A stretch of DNA of 63,986 bases from Octopus bimaculoides (lineage: Eukaryota), in the NCBI RefSeq assembly GCF_001194135.2, contig NC_068992.1:36707702-36771687 (forward strand), written 5' to 3'. The translations under genes were made by a program, and so were the position numbers. Under the pieces are notes generated by a model that was not told where the DNA came from, searched no databases, and saw only the letters and a program-made list of their open reading frames with translations. The first letter of the stretch is position 1. Each line of letters starts with the position of its first letter. Shown here piece after piece: positions 48,632 to 62,342 of the stretch.

Positions 48632-49420
48632 NNNNNNNNNNNNNNNNNNNNNNNNNNNNNNNNNNNNNNNNNNNNNNNNNNNNNNNNNNNNNNNNNNNNN
48701 NNNNNNNNNNNNNNNNNNNNNNNNNNNNNNNNNNNNNNNNNNNNNNNNNNNNNNNNNNNNNNNNNNNNNNNNNNNNNNNNNNNNNNNNNNNNNNNNNNNN
48801 NNNNNNNNNNNNNNNNNNNNNNNNNNNNNNNNNNNNNNNNNNNNNNNNNNNNNNNNNNNNNNNNNNNNNNNNNNNNNNNNNNNNNNNNNNNNNNNNNNNN
48901 NNNNNNNNNNNNNNNNNNNNNNNNNNNNNNNNNNNNNNNNNNNNNNNNNNNNNNNNNNNNNNNNNNNNNNNNNNNNNNNNNNNNNNNNNNNNNNNNNNNN
49001 NNNNNNNNNNNNNNNNNNNNNNNNNNNNNNNNNNNNNNNNNNNNNNNNNNNNNNNNNNNNNNNNNNNNNNNNNNNNNNNNNNNNNNNNNNNNNNNNNNNN
49101 NNNNNNNNNNNNNNNNNNNNNNNNNNNNNNNNNNNNNNNNNNNNNNNNNNNNNNNNNNNNNNNNNNNNNNNNNNNNNNNNNNNNNNNNNNNNNNNNNNNN
49201 NNNNNNNNNNNNNNNNNNNNNNNNNNNNNNNNNNNNNNNNNNNNNNNNNNNNNNNNNNNNNNNNNNNNNNNNNNNNNNNNNNNNNNNNNNNNNNNNNNNN
49301 NNNNNNNNNNNNNNNNNNNNNNNNNNNNNNNNNNNNNNNNNNNNNNNNNNNNNNNNNNNNNNNNNNNNNNNNNNNNNNNNNNNNNNNNNNNNNNNNNNNN
49401 NNNNNNNNNNNNNNNNNNNN

Positions 49421-50050
49421 GGGGGGGGGGCACTATCGTTTCGAAATAAACTCTACAGGCATGAGTCTGACCGAGGTTCGCACAGAGCGACGAAACCATT
49501 CTACATGTACTCTTTCAGTGTCCAGGAATTGCTAACTTTTGGAGTTATGACGAACAGCTGCTGTCGCGTTCAGGTCCATAATGATGAGTGCCCCGTCGTC
49601 CTCTTTTAATCGGGTGGGCAAGGCAGTTTTCCTTTGCCTGGTTGCTATGACGAAAGAAGTTGTCTAGTGGACGAGACTGAAAGGAATGAGAACAGAGACA
49701 TTCCTCTTAGGTAAAGCCCTCATCGACTTTTTCAAGTTTCATTTGAAAAGGAAAGTGAGAGTGGAGAAAGAGGTGCTGTCCTCGAGTGAATTTATCAAAA
49801 TGTGGGTGAAAGTTGCGAAAATGGCAAGAGTGGGTGGCACCACTCTCGGTGTAGACTTGTGAGTCGGAAGAAGGTAGTTCGAAAAAACACTTGTCCTTGT
49901 TATTCAGGGTGATCTTAAATGGTGGAATCCTCGATCATCTCTAGAGGTCCTCCTGTATTAGGGGCCGTATACTATGCATGCTTCCCTTCTTTTAATGTTT
50001 ACTGTGTAGACTTCTTTTTTATCATTCCATTATATGTAAATCCCAACACT
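49421..50050 (+). mobile_element. L1/Tx1-clade LINE 3' end
   Basis: RNKLYRH...ETILH.LFQCP (CCHC remnant); FFKFHLKRKVRVEKEVLSSSEFIKMWVKVA; followed by a T-rich UTR. Confidence 0.65.
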
Positions 50051-50152
50051 TTATGTCAGTCTTTGTATTGTCTTTCTCATCCTTCCCCCTGATAACAAAT
50101 AAAAGAAATTCTTCTTCTCCTCCTTCTTCTTCTTCTTCTTCTTCTTCTTCTT

Positions 50153-50217
<65 letters not shown>

Positions 50218-50289
50218 CATCATGATTATTGTTGTTGTTATTATTATTACTATCATTATTATTATCAGAGTTTTTGGTCTAACTTCTCA

Positions 50290-51450
50290 GAACTCTCGGT
50301 ATTACTTGCAATCATATATCCCTTTCCGACATCCCTTTTGTTTTTCTGGTAAAACATCATCGTTTGCAAACCGATTTTAGATAACTAATGGGAGCAGCTT
50401 ATAGGTTGTTGTTAAGCCTGTTACTGGCCTATAATTTTGTAAGTGTATGATGTTGTGGCTTTTTGCAATTAGAATGGTTTGTTCTTCACAACATCCAGTT
50501 TGGTGCTGATTCTGGCTTGTTTCTTATCAAGTTAAGTGCTGCTGCTGCTATGTGTGTATGGGTACTGTGAAGTATTTCAGACAAAATTTTGGGGCTTTGC
50601 CTATCCTTAATGTTTTTCAGTTACCGGTAGTCCTTTGTGTGTCTTCTCTTGGCTTTTGATGATGGGCTATTTTGCTCATCCTTTTCTTTTCTCAATTTAT
50701 CCATCGAGCATTTTTGATTCGTTGTCTTTGTTTGCTCCATATTCTTCCCAGCATGACTGAATTTCTGATACTGTTGACATGTTACCTGTTGGCATGCACT
50801 TTTTGTTTAAGTTTATGTTCAATCTCTTTGTGTTTATTCTAAATTCTGAATTTTCTCGGAAGAAGCATTCGCGTTTTTCATACCGTTGTATGCGGCAACC
50901 TTTTGCTGCTATGCCCTGCTTAAAATTTCTTTTGCATCCCAGGTATCTTTTTTATTTCTTAGATTGTACTGTTTTGTTATATGGGTCCTATTTCTTGTTT
51001 GATCCTTCTTCCCCAAATTCACAAAAGTAGGTGTAAGCCTTTTGTATTTTCACTTTATTTATTATGTTCTCTTTCCATTTTGGGGTTTGGAATTTGGCCT
51101 TTATTTATGTTTGTATGGGTCAAGTCCAGTTTCCCTGGATATCACTACAACTGTTGAACAGATCAGGTCGTTTAGTCTGTTGACATTTCTTTTGGTGCTT
51201 TGTTGTGTCTATTTATTCTTTCAAAGAACGGTTTATTTATTTACTTATTTTTGGTGTGATGTTTATGCTGATTCGTATTTATCGACTTTGTGATGCATTC
51301 TTCTATTTATGTTATTGCTTCAACCAGTTCGTTTTCAGCATCGATGTGTGTTTGTTGGTCACGAGGTGTGCTTTGTTTGTTACCGTTTTGTGTTTCAGAA
51401 TTTTCTTGTCTGTGTGTTGATTTGCTGTGGTGTGTGTAACTGTGTAAAGA
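50290..51450 (-). mobile_element. R4/Dong-like LINE fragment (N-terminal region to RT start)
   Basis: Minus-strand pieces RIQRYEKR..F.EN..F..N.K; QTILIAK...LQNYRPVTGLTTTYKLL; abuts (AAT)n(AAG)n at ~50120-50270. Confidence 0.65.
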
Positions 51451-51564
51451 TTTAAATTTGATTTAGCATTTTATTTACTGTATTCATGGTCACCTCTGTT
51501 GTTTTTTTGTTGTTTTTTTTGGCGGGGTCTTATGTGTTTTGGGAGATATAATGTCTGATGTGCT

Positions 51565-51750
51565 ATTTTTGTTTGACTGTTGTCCATTTCGTCCGTCTTC
51601 ACGTTCTGAGTTCAAATTCCATCGAGGTCGACTTTGCCTTTCATCCTTTCGGGATCGGTAAATTAAGAACCATTGAAACACTGGGGTCGATGTAATTAAC
51701 TTGTCCCCTTCCACCAAATTTCAGGCCTTGTGTAGAAAAGATTATTATTA
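51565..51750 (+). mobile_element. tRNA-derived SINE (head truncated)
   Basis: TTCTGAGTTCAAATTCC (B box), GAGGTCGACTTTGCCTTTCATCCTTTCGGG, ends GAAAAGATTATTATT. Confidence 0.8.
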
Positions 51751-51754
51751 CGAA

Positions 51755-52240
51755 TGAGAGAGCAGTGCTGGAGTACAAATATACGAAGCCCAATATACCC
51801 ATTATGAATACCTGTCTTGATAAGGGTAAATCAGGCACATGCATCACAACCATATGTGCGCGACATGGTAATCTCAGATCAAGATAAACAGCGCATGACC
51901 TTAAGGGTGAGGCCCAGTTAGAATTTTCTTTGGCCCGCGAATAGAAGGATGATGATGAAGGAAACAGCTGTGTTTCCAGAGATTGATTATTCAAACCTCA
52001 AAGAATTACTCTCAACACATGGCTATGATGTTACCCCACTATTTCTGCTCATGATCAGAGATGCACTTATCGTCAGCCACTAAGGGACATGCTCAACTGG
52101 TTAAGATCAAGGAACGGACAAGCAAATCTGTAGAATTGAGCAGACTATTTGCTGTAGCTCATTTTTACACAATGACGAAATATGTACATATTAACACTTC
52201 CAATGAGCTAAAATCAGCAGCTATGAGAGCCATTCAGTGT
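51755..52240 (-). mobile_element. (TAA)n-tailed non-coding repeat, further copy
   Basis: Collinear with 43548-44105 and 43205-43466. Confidence 0.8.
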
Positions 52241-52499
52241 AGACTGAGGAGTAATCCTGGAGTTCCGATGGAACTCCTTCAAAATTGGATTCCGATAATA
52301 ATAAAAATCGAGCCGATAAAGGTTTTCTTATGAGATGCCCTCTTTTTTCCCTAAGGTTCTTGATGAAAGTATCAAGTTTCATGAAGTTTCATCAAGTAGC
52401 GTCTGGACTTAATATTTGCAAGCCCGTCCCTCCGGCGGGTTTCTGTTAATCGAACCTGGAGTGTGTGTGTTTATATTACAGAGACAGTGTGTATGTTTA

Positions 52500-52545
52500 T
52501 AGTAGAGAGATAGTGTGTGTGTATGTGTGTGAGAGAGAGAGAGAC

Positions 52546-52584
<39 letters not shown>

Positions 52585-52670
52585 CAGACAGACAGACAGA
52601 GAGAGAGAGACAGACAGACAGATAGACAGACAGATAGACAGACAGATAGACAGACAGACAGACAGACAAA
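52500..52670. repeat. Compound (GT)n/(GA)n/(GACA)n/(GATA)n microsatellite
   Basis: Direct reading. Confidence 0.9.
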
Positions 52671-53714
52671 CAGAGTAGGAAAGAAAACATTGAAAACAAT
52701 GATTGAAATAAACATGAAATGAAAAAATAGTATAAATAAAAGCTCGTTTAAAATTATCGGCATTCTTTGGGTTGAACCCTCAGAAATGCCAAAATGAACA
52801 GCTGGCTTCGTTCGTTAATTTCCGTAGCATGTTTTATTTGTTTTAAAGTGAAAGAGAGGAGAAAGTGAAAGTATGTATGTGTATACGAAATGGACGTGTG
52901 TCTGAGTGTGTATGTGTGTGTGTGTGTGTGTTTGTGTGTGTGTGAAAGAGAGAGAGGGGGATGCCACTTAGACATAACTCACTCTCTCTGTCTCACTCTC
53001 TCACACACATGCGCACACATACATACAAAAAAGATGTATGCATATGTATGTATGTATGTATGTATATATACATGAAAACACACTTCTTCACTCACTCTCC
53101 CCCGCCACACACCATACACAAACACATAAACATACATAAATGTTTACAAACGTACATACAAAAACACACGTGTGCGTGTGTGACTGACTACAAATACATA
53201 GAGCTGAACATGGCGCGCAAAAAGTAAATAAGTAGAAAAATTCACAGAAAACAACGAAGTGTGCGGGTTCAAGCGAAAGAATGCCTAACTATCTTGTACC
53301 GAAAATTCAAATTTCTAAATTTGAAATATTCAACAATAAAAGGAAGTTCAGAAGGTAACTTGTCATGAAAAATCTCACCTGCTTAGTAAATATTTCTTTC
53401 GGTAATTTATCGTAGTTGTAATATATCTGTAATTTAAAGAAACTTCAAGATGACCCTAGCACGTTTAGCATGGATCACATAGTTATTATTGCAAGGCTTA
53501 CAGCGTTCCATACAACTATACCAACAAAGTCACTTCTTTTTTTTTTTAATTATACTGCCATACTATATCATGGAAACTTCACAGTTATACAGCTATTTTG
53601 TCTAATAGCATTCATTCATTCGATAAATAGTTTAAATAGATAAATAGAATAAACTATGGATTTTTTCAAATAGCAAATTAAAACTTGAAATCAAAACATT
53701 CAATATATATTAAA

Positions 53715-55293
53715 CTAGCAGAGATACCCGGCATTGCCCGTGTTACATGCAATTGAAGGATGAGACTTTTCTCTTATATTTTCTGTAAGGAACTGGAAAA
53801 CATATGATTCGAATTTCATCAAAATTGCACATGAGGGTTCTTTCCCTCTTTACATACCCTAAAAAATTCTAATCATGAGGCATGTATCCCATACTATTGA
53901 TCTTTATGCGCATATTCCAAAATTTCAGTCTTCTGGAACCAGTAAAAAGGCTTTTGCTCCTGAAAAATGGAGCTCATGGAGCTGTAAAATGTGGAAATGA
54001 AGGCCCCTATTGAGGGTGGGGTGTTAATGTCAACCAGAGAAGTTGAATTGTTGGGAATGTTTTTAACTTGGGTCTTATAGTATGCCTGTATATATGTGAG
54101 AGTATAGTTTCACTTTAATAGTTTCAGTATGAAATTGAAAGTATTAAAGTGAAAGTATTTGAAATTACAGTAGCGACATGTTATTGTTTCACTTTTGACA
54201 TGTAATACTGAAATAGTGGAATAGTTTCAGTGTTAAAGTGAAAGTAACTGACTTTACAGTAGAGTGATGTTGTTGTTTCACTTTTGACACGTAATAGTGA
54301 AATAGTGGAGGAGATATGATATTGCTATGGGCTCGAACTATGCAAAAAGTTAAAAATTGTTTTGGCCTAAGACACTACATGGACCTTAAGTAAGGCATAT
54401 GTTAATTTGGAATGAAATTGGTTGTGTAGTTCTGGAGTTTTAGGGATTCACACAGACACACATTCTCATCTTTATAAATGTGATATTTATGTGCATATTC
54501 GAAAATTATAGTGTCATGGACCCTGTAAAACGGATTTTGCTCCTGAAAAATGGAGCTCTTGGAGCTGAAAAATGTGGGAGTTAAGGCCCCAATTGGGGGT
54601 GGGTATGTTAATGTCAATCAGAGAAGTTGAATTGTTGGGAATGTTTTTAACTTGGGTTTAATATGTATTGTTTGAATTTCACAATTTATGCACCACATAG
54701 CAGAAATCACAATGTAAGTATATCTGAAAGGATAGTCTTACACTCTTGTACCGTTGAATTACAAATAATGTTCATCTGTTACGTTCAGGTGACCCTATAG
54801 GTTCCAATAGTACAACTGTTTTCGTCTTTGCTTAGGAAAAATAACTAAATTGTGGGAGTGAAGTCCCCATGAAGGGGTCTTTGTAACTTCTAAGAAGAAA
54901 TTTTAGAAATATTACTTTATTTGTGTGTAATATGTATGGTTAAAATTTCACCAACATCAAAAATATATGAATTTTCATGGGGGTTATGGCCGTTATGCAT
55001 AGAATATAATTTCTAAATTTAATAAAGATCCATTCAGTACTTTTGAGGTAGTTTTGGATAAAAAACAAATGAGTAATGTGTGTGTTTGTGTGCATGTGTA
55101 TGTGTGTGTGCGTGGGGGTGTATGTATAGATATCTGTATGCATGTATATATGTGTATATATGTGTACATATTACATGTACATCTATATATATACATCTAC
55201 ACATATGTATACATATACATGTATGCATATAGATCTATATCTATATATATATATATACATATACGTGTACATATACATGTATACATATACATA

Positions 55294-55344
<51 letters not shown>

Positions 55345-55714
55345 ATATATACATGCATATGGATACATTTGTGCATATATATATGCATGTATGTATATAT
55401 GTATGTATGCCTGTATATATGTGAGAGTATAGTTTCACTGTAGTAGATTCAGTATGAAAATGAAACCATTAAAGTGAAAGTATTTGATATCAGTGTTTTT
55501 GTTTAACTTTTGACACGTAATACTTAAATAGTGGAGGAGATATTATGTTGCTGTGGGCTCGAACTATGCAACCAGTTAAAAATATTTTCGGACTAAAACA
55601 CAACCGGGACCCTAAGTAAGGCATGTGTAAAATTTTAATAAAATTGGTCGTGTAGTTCTGGAGTTTTAGGGATTCACACAGACACACACACAGACATACA
55701 TTCTCAATTTTATA

Positions 55715-55746
<32 letters not shown>

Positions 55747-55748
55747 GA
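53715..55748 (-). mobile_element. Composite non-autonomous Helitron
   Basis: 5' A|TCTATATA at 55749/55748; 3' imperfect hairpin CGGGCAATGCCGGG then CTAG|T at 53715/53714; second internal 5' end A|TC at 54483; internal duplicated blocks; no Rep/helicase coding. Confidence 0.8.
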
Positions 55749-56070
55749 TTATCATTAATGAAAATAGAAGTGAGGGAAAGTGAGAGACTATTGCAAATGA
55801 AAATGGAAAATTCCACCTGCAACGAGTTGATAGTGTTTATTAAATCTATTCCGCAGTGAATGCAACGAATATTTAAATTAGAGAAAAACTTATTGTTGAA
55901 ATATTCAATAACCATCAGAAATCGAAATTACAGAAAATTTCTAGGAACATGAATTTATAAAAGATTTTCCAGACCGTTAAGCCTTTAGTAATTGCTTTCT
56001 TTTAGTAACTGTTATATACCTAATTAATAAGTAGCTTTCCCCATATATTATAGATATACATATATATTAC

Positions 56071-58305
56071 ATAATTCCAAGGAGAAGTGAAACGTGTTTT
56101 GGAGGATATAAGAGAAATAGAAAATGGAGACAAACGCGCAAGATATTATTTAAATCATTTATATCACTATCATATATGTTTTGATGGATACATTAGTATA
56201 AATCCGGGAGGAAAAATAAAGTGGAACAATGCGTCAATCTCATCAGGATGGAAATTATAAATAACAGAGTCCATTAATAAGTACATTCCTTTTTTAAAGA
56301 AAAAAACTTAATTTATGGTCTAACTCATCCCAGGTAGTAGATTAGTTGCTAGAAAATCTATTGTTAAATTTGGTAATAAATTATGGGTGCGAAAAGATAG
56401 ACCTGATTGCTTTGATATAACAATCAGAACTCTGGGTGTAATCGGTAAGCCGATTACACCCAGAGTTCTGATATGGTCGGTTTTTATATCCTATCCGAGA
56501 TGGCTGATCAATTCCCTGAAATCATCGGTGGATTATATCGCGACGATGGACTTATTTACCTCCAAAATATCTCTAATCAAAAATTACAAAATGTTAAAGA
56601 TAATCTAGTTAAATTATTCAGTAATATGGGCTTAAGTATAACTTTTGATGATGAAAGAACAAAAGTTAATTTCCTTGACCTTATACTCAACTTAAACACA
56701 GCTTTGTATTACCCATACTATAAACCTTCAACCACTCTAAAATACATAAGTTTTTTTTAACAATCATCCTGTAACTATATCAAAAAATCTAGTTCAAAGC
56801 ATATCGCTTAGACTCTCCAGACTATTAGCTAATGTAAGCATTTTTAATAATAATGCAGGTTTCTATAATTCATCTTTGTCAAAAGCAGGGTATAATGAGC
56901 AAATTAAGTATTACATCTTTCTTGGTTCTAGTTTAACCTTTAATAATCATGGTGATAGTAGTTATGCTACTGCTAATAATAATAGTAATACTCAATGTAT
57001 CTGCCATAGGTAATAATTCAAGCAATAATTCCTTGTATCCAAATATTCAAAAAGCTAATCATAGTAAATTTAAGAATAAACAGTCAAAGGGAGGTAACTA
57101 TATTTCCTTAATCTTTCTGTAAAAATAAAAACAACTTCAGATTTCTTTGGCTTGTTATTCCATACGGCAAACAAATTATAAGTAATTTTCCTTACTTGTT
57201 TCGTAAATATATCGAAAGGAACTTCCCCAAAAATTCGAGGTACCATTCAATTCTTAATTCACCTCGTATTAAAATTGGTTTTTGCAGCACTAATAATCTC
57301 CTGCAGACGATCTCCTCACATAACAATTATATTCTAAACGGTAAAAGTGATTCCCTTAATAGCTATAATGACAATAATAATAATAATCATTCCTTAAATA
57401 ATAATATAAATAGTAATATTACTTGTAATTGTGATCCAAATGGGAAATTGCAAGTTTAAAAAAGTATTCTACGAATGCAAGGTCACTTCCCAAAGTTAGG
57501 AATTTTTCTATGTTGGTCTTTGCTCCACTGAGATAAAGAACAAAAACGCATAGCTAATCACCTTTCTACATTATAATATATTAGTAAACGTAATATTACT
57601 CGTCTTAGCAAACTAATATATCATCTCAAAGACTGTAATAAACAATTTACTTTAGACTAGAGAATTTTGTCAAGATCGTTCCCCCATGAAATATTTTGCC
57701 CTTTTTGTATGGATGAACAACTGTTTATCATTTTTCCTAACACACGACCCTTGTCAACACCTATAAAGAACGTGTTTACAGGTGTTTACATTAGAAAAAA
57801 ACACACTTTCAACAATTTCAAATAATTACTCTGTTTTGCCTAATAATATCTGTAATTTTCATTTTATTCTTTTTAATCTACACATCCTATTCTTTTTTTA
57901 TCGTTTCTATCCCTTGGTCATTCACTTTTCTATTTACTCGGACCTCCATTTCTTTTAATTTTCTTTCTTTCTTCCTTCTTTTCCTTTCTCGATTTATGAC
58001 GTCAAATTTCTTAACAGTATTTTAAAAATTACTAGCGTTTCCTATCCACTTTTTGTTTTTATACGTTATATATTATAATTTATTACATTTGTAAACATGG
58101 CTTATTAATGAACACTGTTATTTATAATTTTCAGCCTGATGAGATTGATACATTATTCCTCCTTATACTTCATCCCGGACTAATACTAATGTATCCTTCA
58201 ACACATATATGTCGGTGATATAAATGTTTTGAATAACATTTTGTGCATTTGATTCCGTTTTCCATTTCACTTACATGATCCAAAATACGTTTCACTTGGA
58301 ATTAT
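56071..58305 (+). mobile_element. Penelope-like element (Poseidon-type), 5'-truncated, flanked by inverted pseudo-LTRs
   Basis: GLYRDDGL, KVNFLDL, WLVIPYGKQI, GIY-YIG-like VFYECKV...YVGLCST; 56071-56280 is an inverted homolog of 58100-58305. Confidence 0.9.
58131..58220 (+). ncRNA. Decayed hammerhead in PLE pseudo-LTR (mirror copy at ~56165-56250, minus strand)
   Basis: CUGAUGA 58136-58142; 9-bp stem GAUACAUUA/UAAUGUAUC; AACAC in place of GAAAC; GUC at 58211-58213. Confidence 0.5.
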
Positions 58306-58430
58306 CACCCATACACGTAGAAGTGCTTATGTGACATTTAGCGACACTAGTAACTATTTCTACGAATCTTTGCTTGAAAATTAAACATATATATACATAT
58401 GTACTTATATTTATTATTATTATTATTATT

Positions 58431-61400
58431 GTTGTTGTTCAGTAGTTTTATTTTTATAACGTGCTTTCACTTCACTATCGAGCGCAGCTTTGTGCGCCTT
58501 GGGTATGTGCTGTGGTTTGCTGTGATGCTCTTATGGTTACTGTATTGAAAGTGTTTTGCGTAGGATGTGTGCGTAGGGTGTGTGCAATTTTCTGTATGTT
58601 ATATATATTTGTAAGTTCTGGTGTCTTTGTTATGTATTTGTCTGAATATTTTTTTATTATACCTAAGGCACCTACTATGATAGGAATTGTTTCTGTTTTT
58701 AGATTCCACATTCGAGTTACCTCTATTTCCAGGTCTGTGTATTTTGAAAGTTCCTCCATTTCTTTTAGGGAAACGTTGTCATCTGCTGGTATTGATACGT
58801 CAATTAGAAAGCATTTTTTTCTTCATGATCTTTAACAACTATATCTGGTCTATTGGCCTTAATTTCTCTATCTGTGTGTATTGGCATATCCCAGAGTATG
58901 GTTGCTTTCTCGTTTTCTGTGACCTTCTCTGGCGTGTGTTTATACCATCTTGTTTCTGTTGTTATTTCATAGTGTTGGCATAGCTTCCAGTGTATATAGG
59001 TCCCAGTATTGTCGTGTCTGTAAATATATTCCTTCTTAGCCAGAGATAATATGATTTATTATTTCTTGTCCATCGCCACATATTCTGCAGTTACTTGTTA
59101 TGTTTCTTTTCATTATTTGGTCTTGTGCAGCAATTAAAAATCCTTCAGTCTCTGCTTTGAATCCTGAGCTTCTCAACCATTGCTGGGATTTTTCTCTGTC
59201 TATTTCTTTTGCATTTAGTTTAGCCCAGTATTTACCATGTAGGGGCTTTTCTTGCCATCGTTTTATCATGGTCCGTTGCTGTTGGAGTTTTAGTTTGGAT
59301 TTCATTTGTCTTCTTCTTCTTCTTCTTCTTCTTCTTCTTCTTCTTCTTCTTGAGGTAGTATGATTTCTTGTTTGTATTTGTCAGCTTCCTTAAATACTGA
59401 AAATAGTTTTTTTGTTTTTTCTCGTGTTTTGTGGCTATTTGTATTAGTTTTTCTTGCTTCTGCAGTAGGTATTTTTGCAGTCCTATGGTGGTTATTTTAT
59501 AATAGTTTTCCAGCTGTATAAGACCCCTGTCACCTTCTGTGCGTTGTATACATAGCCTTTCTAAGTCAGATTTTGGGTGGTGCATCGTATATCCTGTCAT
59601 TATTTTTCTTGTTTTTCTATCTATTTTAGATAGTTCGTTTAGTGTCCAGTTAAGGATATTGTAGCTGTAGCTTATAACTGGGACAGCTAAAGTGTTAATA
59701 CCTATTATCTTGTTTTTAGCATTGAGCTCTGTTTTTAGTATTGATCTAACTCGTCTATAGTACTCTTTCTTTATTTNNNNNNNNNNNNNNNNNNNNNNNN
59801 NNNNNNNNNNNNNNNNNNNNNNNNNNNNNNNNNNNNNNNNNNNNNNNNNNNNNNNNNNNNNNNNNNNNNNNNNNNNNNNNNNNNNNNNNNNNNNNNNNNN
59901 NNNNNNNNNNNNNNNNNNNNNNNNNNNNNNNNNNNNNNNNNNNNNNNNNNNNNNNNNNNNNNNNNNNNNNNNNNNNNNNNNNNNNNNNNNNNNNNNNNNN
60001 NNNNNNNNNNNNNNNNNNNNNNNNNNNNNNNNNNNNNNNNNNNNNNNNNNNNNNNNNNNNNNNNNNNNNNNNNNNNNNNNNNNNNNNNNNNNNNNNNNNN
60101 NNNNNNNNNNNNNNNNNNNNNNNNNNNNNNNNNNNNNNNNNNNNNNNNNNNNNNNNNNNNNNNNNNNNNNNNNNNNNNNNNNNNNNNNNNNNNNNNNNNN
60201 NNNNNNNNNNNNNNNNNNNNNNNNNNNNNNNNNNNNNNNNNNNNNNNNNNNNNNNNNNNNNNNNNNNNNNNNNNNNNNNNNNNNNNNNNNNNNNNNNNNN
60301 NNNNNNNNNNNNNNNNNNNNNNNNNNNNNNNNNNNNNNNNNNNNNNNNNNNNNNNNNNNNNNNNNNNNNNNNNNNNNNNNNNNNNNNNNNNNNNNNNNNN
60401 NNNNNNNNNNNNNNNNNNNNNNNNNNNNNNNNNNNNNNNNNNNNNNNNNNNNNNNNNNNNNNNNNTATTGCAGTAAAGGCTTTGTAGATAGTAGGGAGAC
60501 AGGTTATAGTAGTTTTGTGGTTTCTCCGTTTCCGTGGATTTGGGAATTAAGATGGTTTTCCCTTTCGTGAGCCATTCAGGCATTGTCTCTGGCTCTGCTA
60601 GTATGTTGTTAAAGTTTTCAGCCAGCTTTTTGTGCATTCCTGTCAGGTATTTTAACCAAAAGTTGGGGATCTTGTCGTGCCCATGTGCTTTCCAGTTGCT
60701 TAGTCTTTGCAGTGTCTGGGTGACCTCTTCAGTTGTTATAAGGGTCCAGAGTTGCGCAGGTACTAAGTTCGTTGTTTTAATGATCCTTTTCTGGGGTTGT
60801 TGCTTCACCGACCATATTGTTTCCAAAATTCTTCCAGTTCTTCTGCTGTTGGTGCTGCAGTAATGTCTATTTTATTTTTACCCAGTTCTTGGTAGAATTT
60901 TTGGGGGTTGGATTTGAACTGTTTGTTTTGTTCAAAGAAATGTTGGCGTTTCTCAAACCGGCGGATCCTTTGTGCTTTGGCAAGAATATCTTGCTTTAGC
61001 TTTTCTTTTGCCTCAGGTAAATCATTTTTCTGTAATGTTGTATGTGTACAGTATTTCAGTTTTCTTCTTGTTACTTAGTTGTGTTGATTGTCTACTAATT
61101 TCGTTGAGAATCAATAGATCTTTTCTCTTTTTTTAAATTTTGTTTTGGATATTATTTATCCACAAGGTCTGTTTGGGTGGTAGAACTCCTGTTCAGATGG
61201 GTTTGAGTTAGTATCCTGCTTCTTTTGTGGCTGAAGTGGCTGCCGCATATATTATGTCATTTAGCTCAGTGATATTGCCAGCTGTTTCTGTGGCTATTAG
61301 TTCCGTGACGGCCAGGTTTATGCTATTTATTATTGATGTTGTTTTATTGTCTATTTTGATTTTTGGGAGGTATAATCTGTGGTCCATTCTAAGATCTGTG

Positions 61401-62342
61401 CTTTTCAGTTCTTTGGTTATTCTCATTTTTATAGTATCATAATTACTAGGTTCCCCTACGCTGTTTCCAGATTTTAGATTTGTTTCGCCTTTCTTTTCAT
61501 TCATACGTTTGTCTGTGGTGTTCTGGATTGGTGCTTTTTGTACATTATTATACATTTCTACGGTCTGGGTTTGTTGTTTTTTGTTTATTTCGTTTTTGGC
61601 GGAAATGTTACGTTTGTCTTCGTGTTTTACTATCTCAGTGTTTATATTATTATTTGGCATTGTTGTGTGGCTACTATCTAGATTTTTCTGATGTATTTTT
61701 CCTTTCAATTGTTCTATTTCTTCGTATGTTAGCTAGTTTATTAGGGTTCATTGTTGTATCTAGGTCTTTATTTAGATTATTTTTCTTCCATATTTTATAT
61801 GTATGTGTTGTTGCGTTTTCGTTCTTTGGGTAGAGCACTGCTGCAAAATAAGCGTGTAGGATCGAAATGTATTCCTCCGTGTCCATGTATGCCGTTTTGG
61901 TTTTATTTGCGGGACATGAGGAACAACGTCCGGCTCTTTATTTTGACGGTCATCATTTTCGTAGGGTACCGGTCCGTTCATTTCGGTTGTCAGATTGTTT
62001 TGCACGTGCAGCTCTTCGTACATTTTGCGTAAGAAGTTTAAAGTACGCACTTCCCGGTTGTTATTCTTGAGTGGAATAATACCGGTATTATTTAATCTGT
62101 TTGTAATTTTTTTGCACATGGTGTTTGAGTCCGGAGATGGTCTGGTGTTGATGTAACAAGCGTGTTTACGTTTGCTGTGCGAGTAGTGGAGATGATATCC
62201 AGTTAAAATACATCATTATATTTGGAAAAATAGAAATAAATTTCAATGAGTATTACTTACTCGGATATAGTCCAACCCTTTGTCAGGTATTTTTGGCTCC
62301 ATGCGATGTCTTTATTTCCGATGTTTTTGGATAAATTTCGGA

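Noticed and set aside
49464-49500. CUGACCGA...GAC-GAAAC
   Set aside because: Extra nucleotide in the core, no stem I, and it lies in Tx1 zinc-finger coding sequence.
52249-52295. CUGAGGA near a perfect 8-bp hairpin GGAGTTCC/GGAACTCC
   Set aside because: The hairpin is offset from the core and no GAAA follows.
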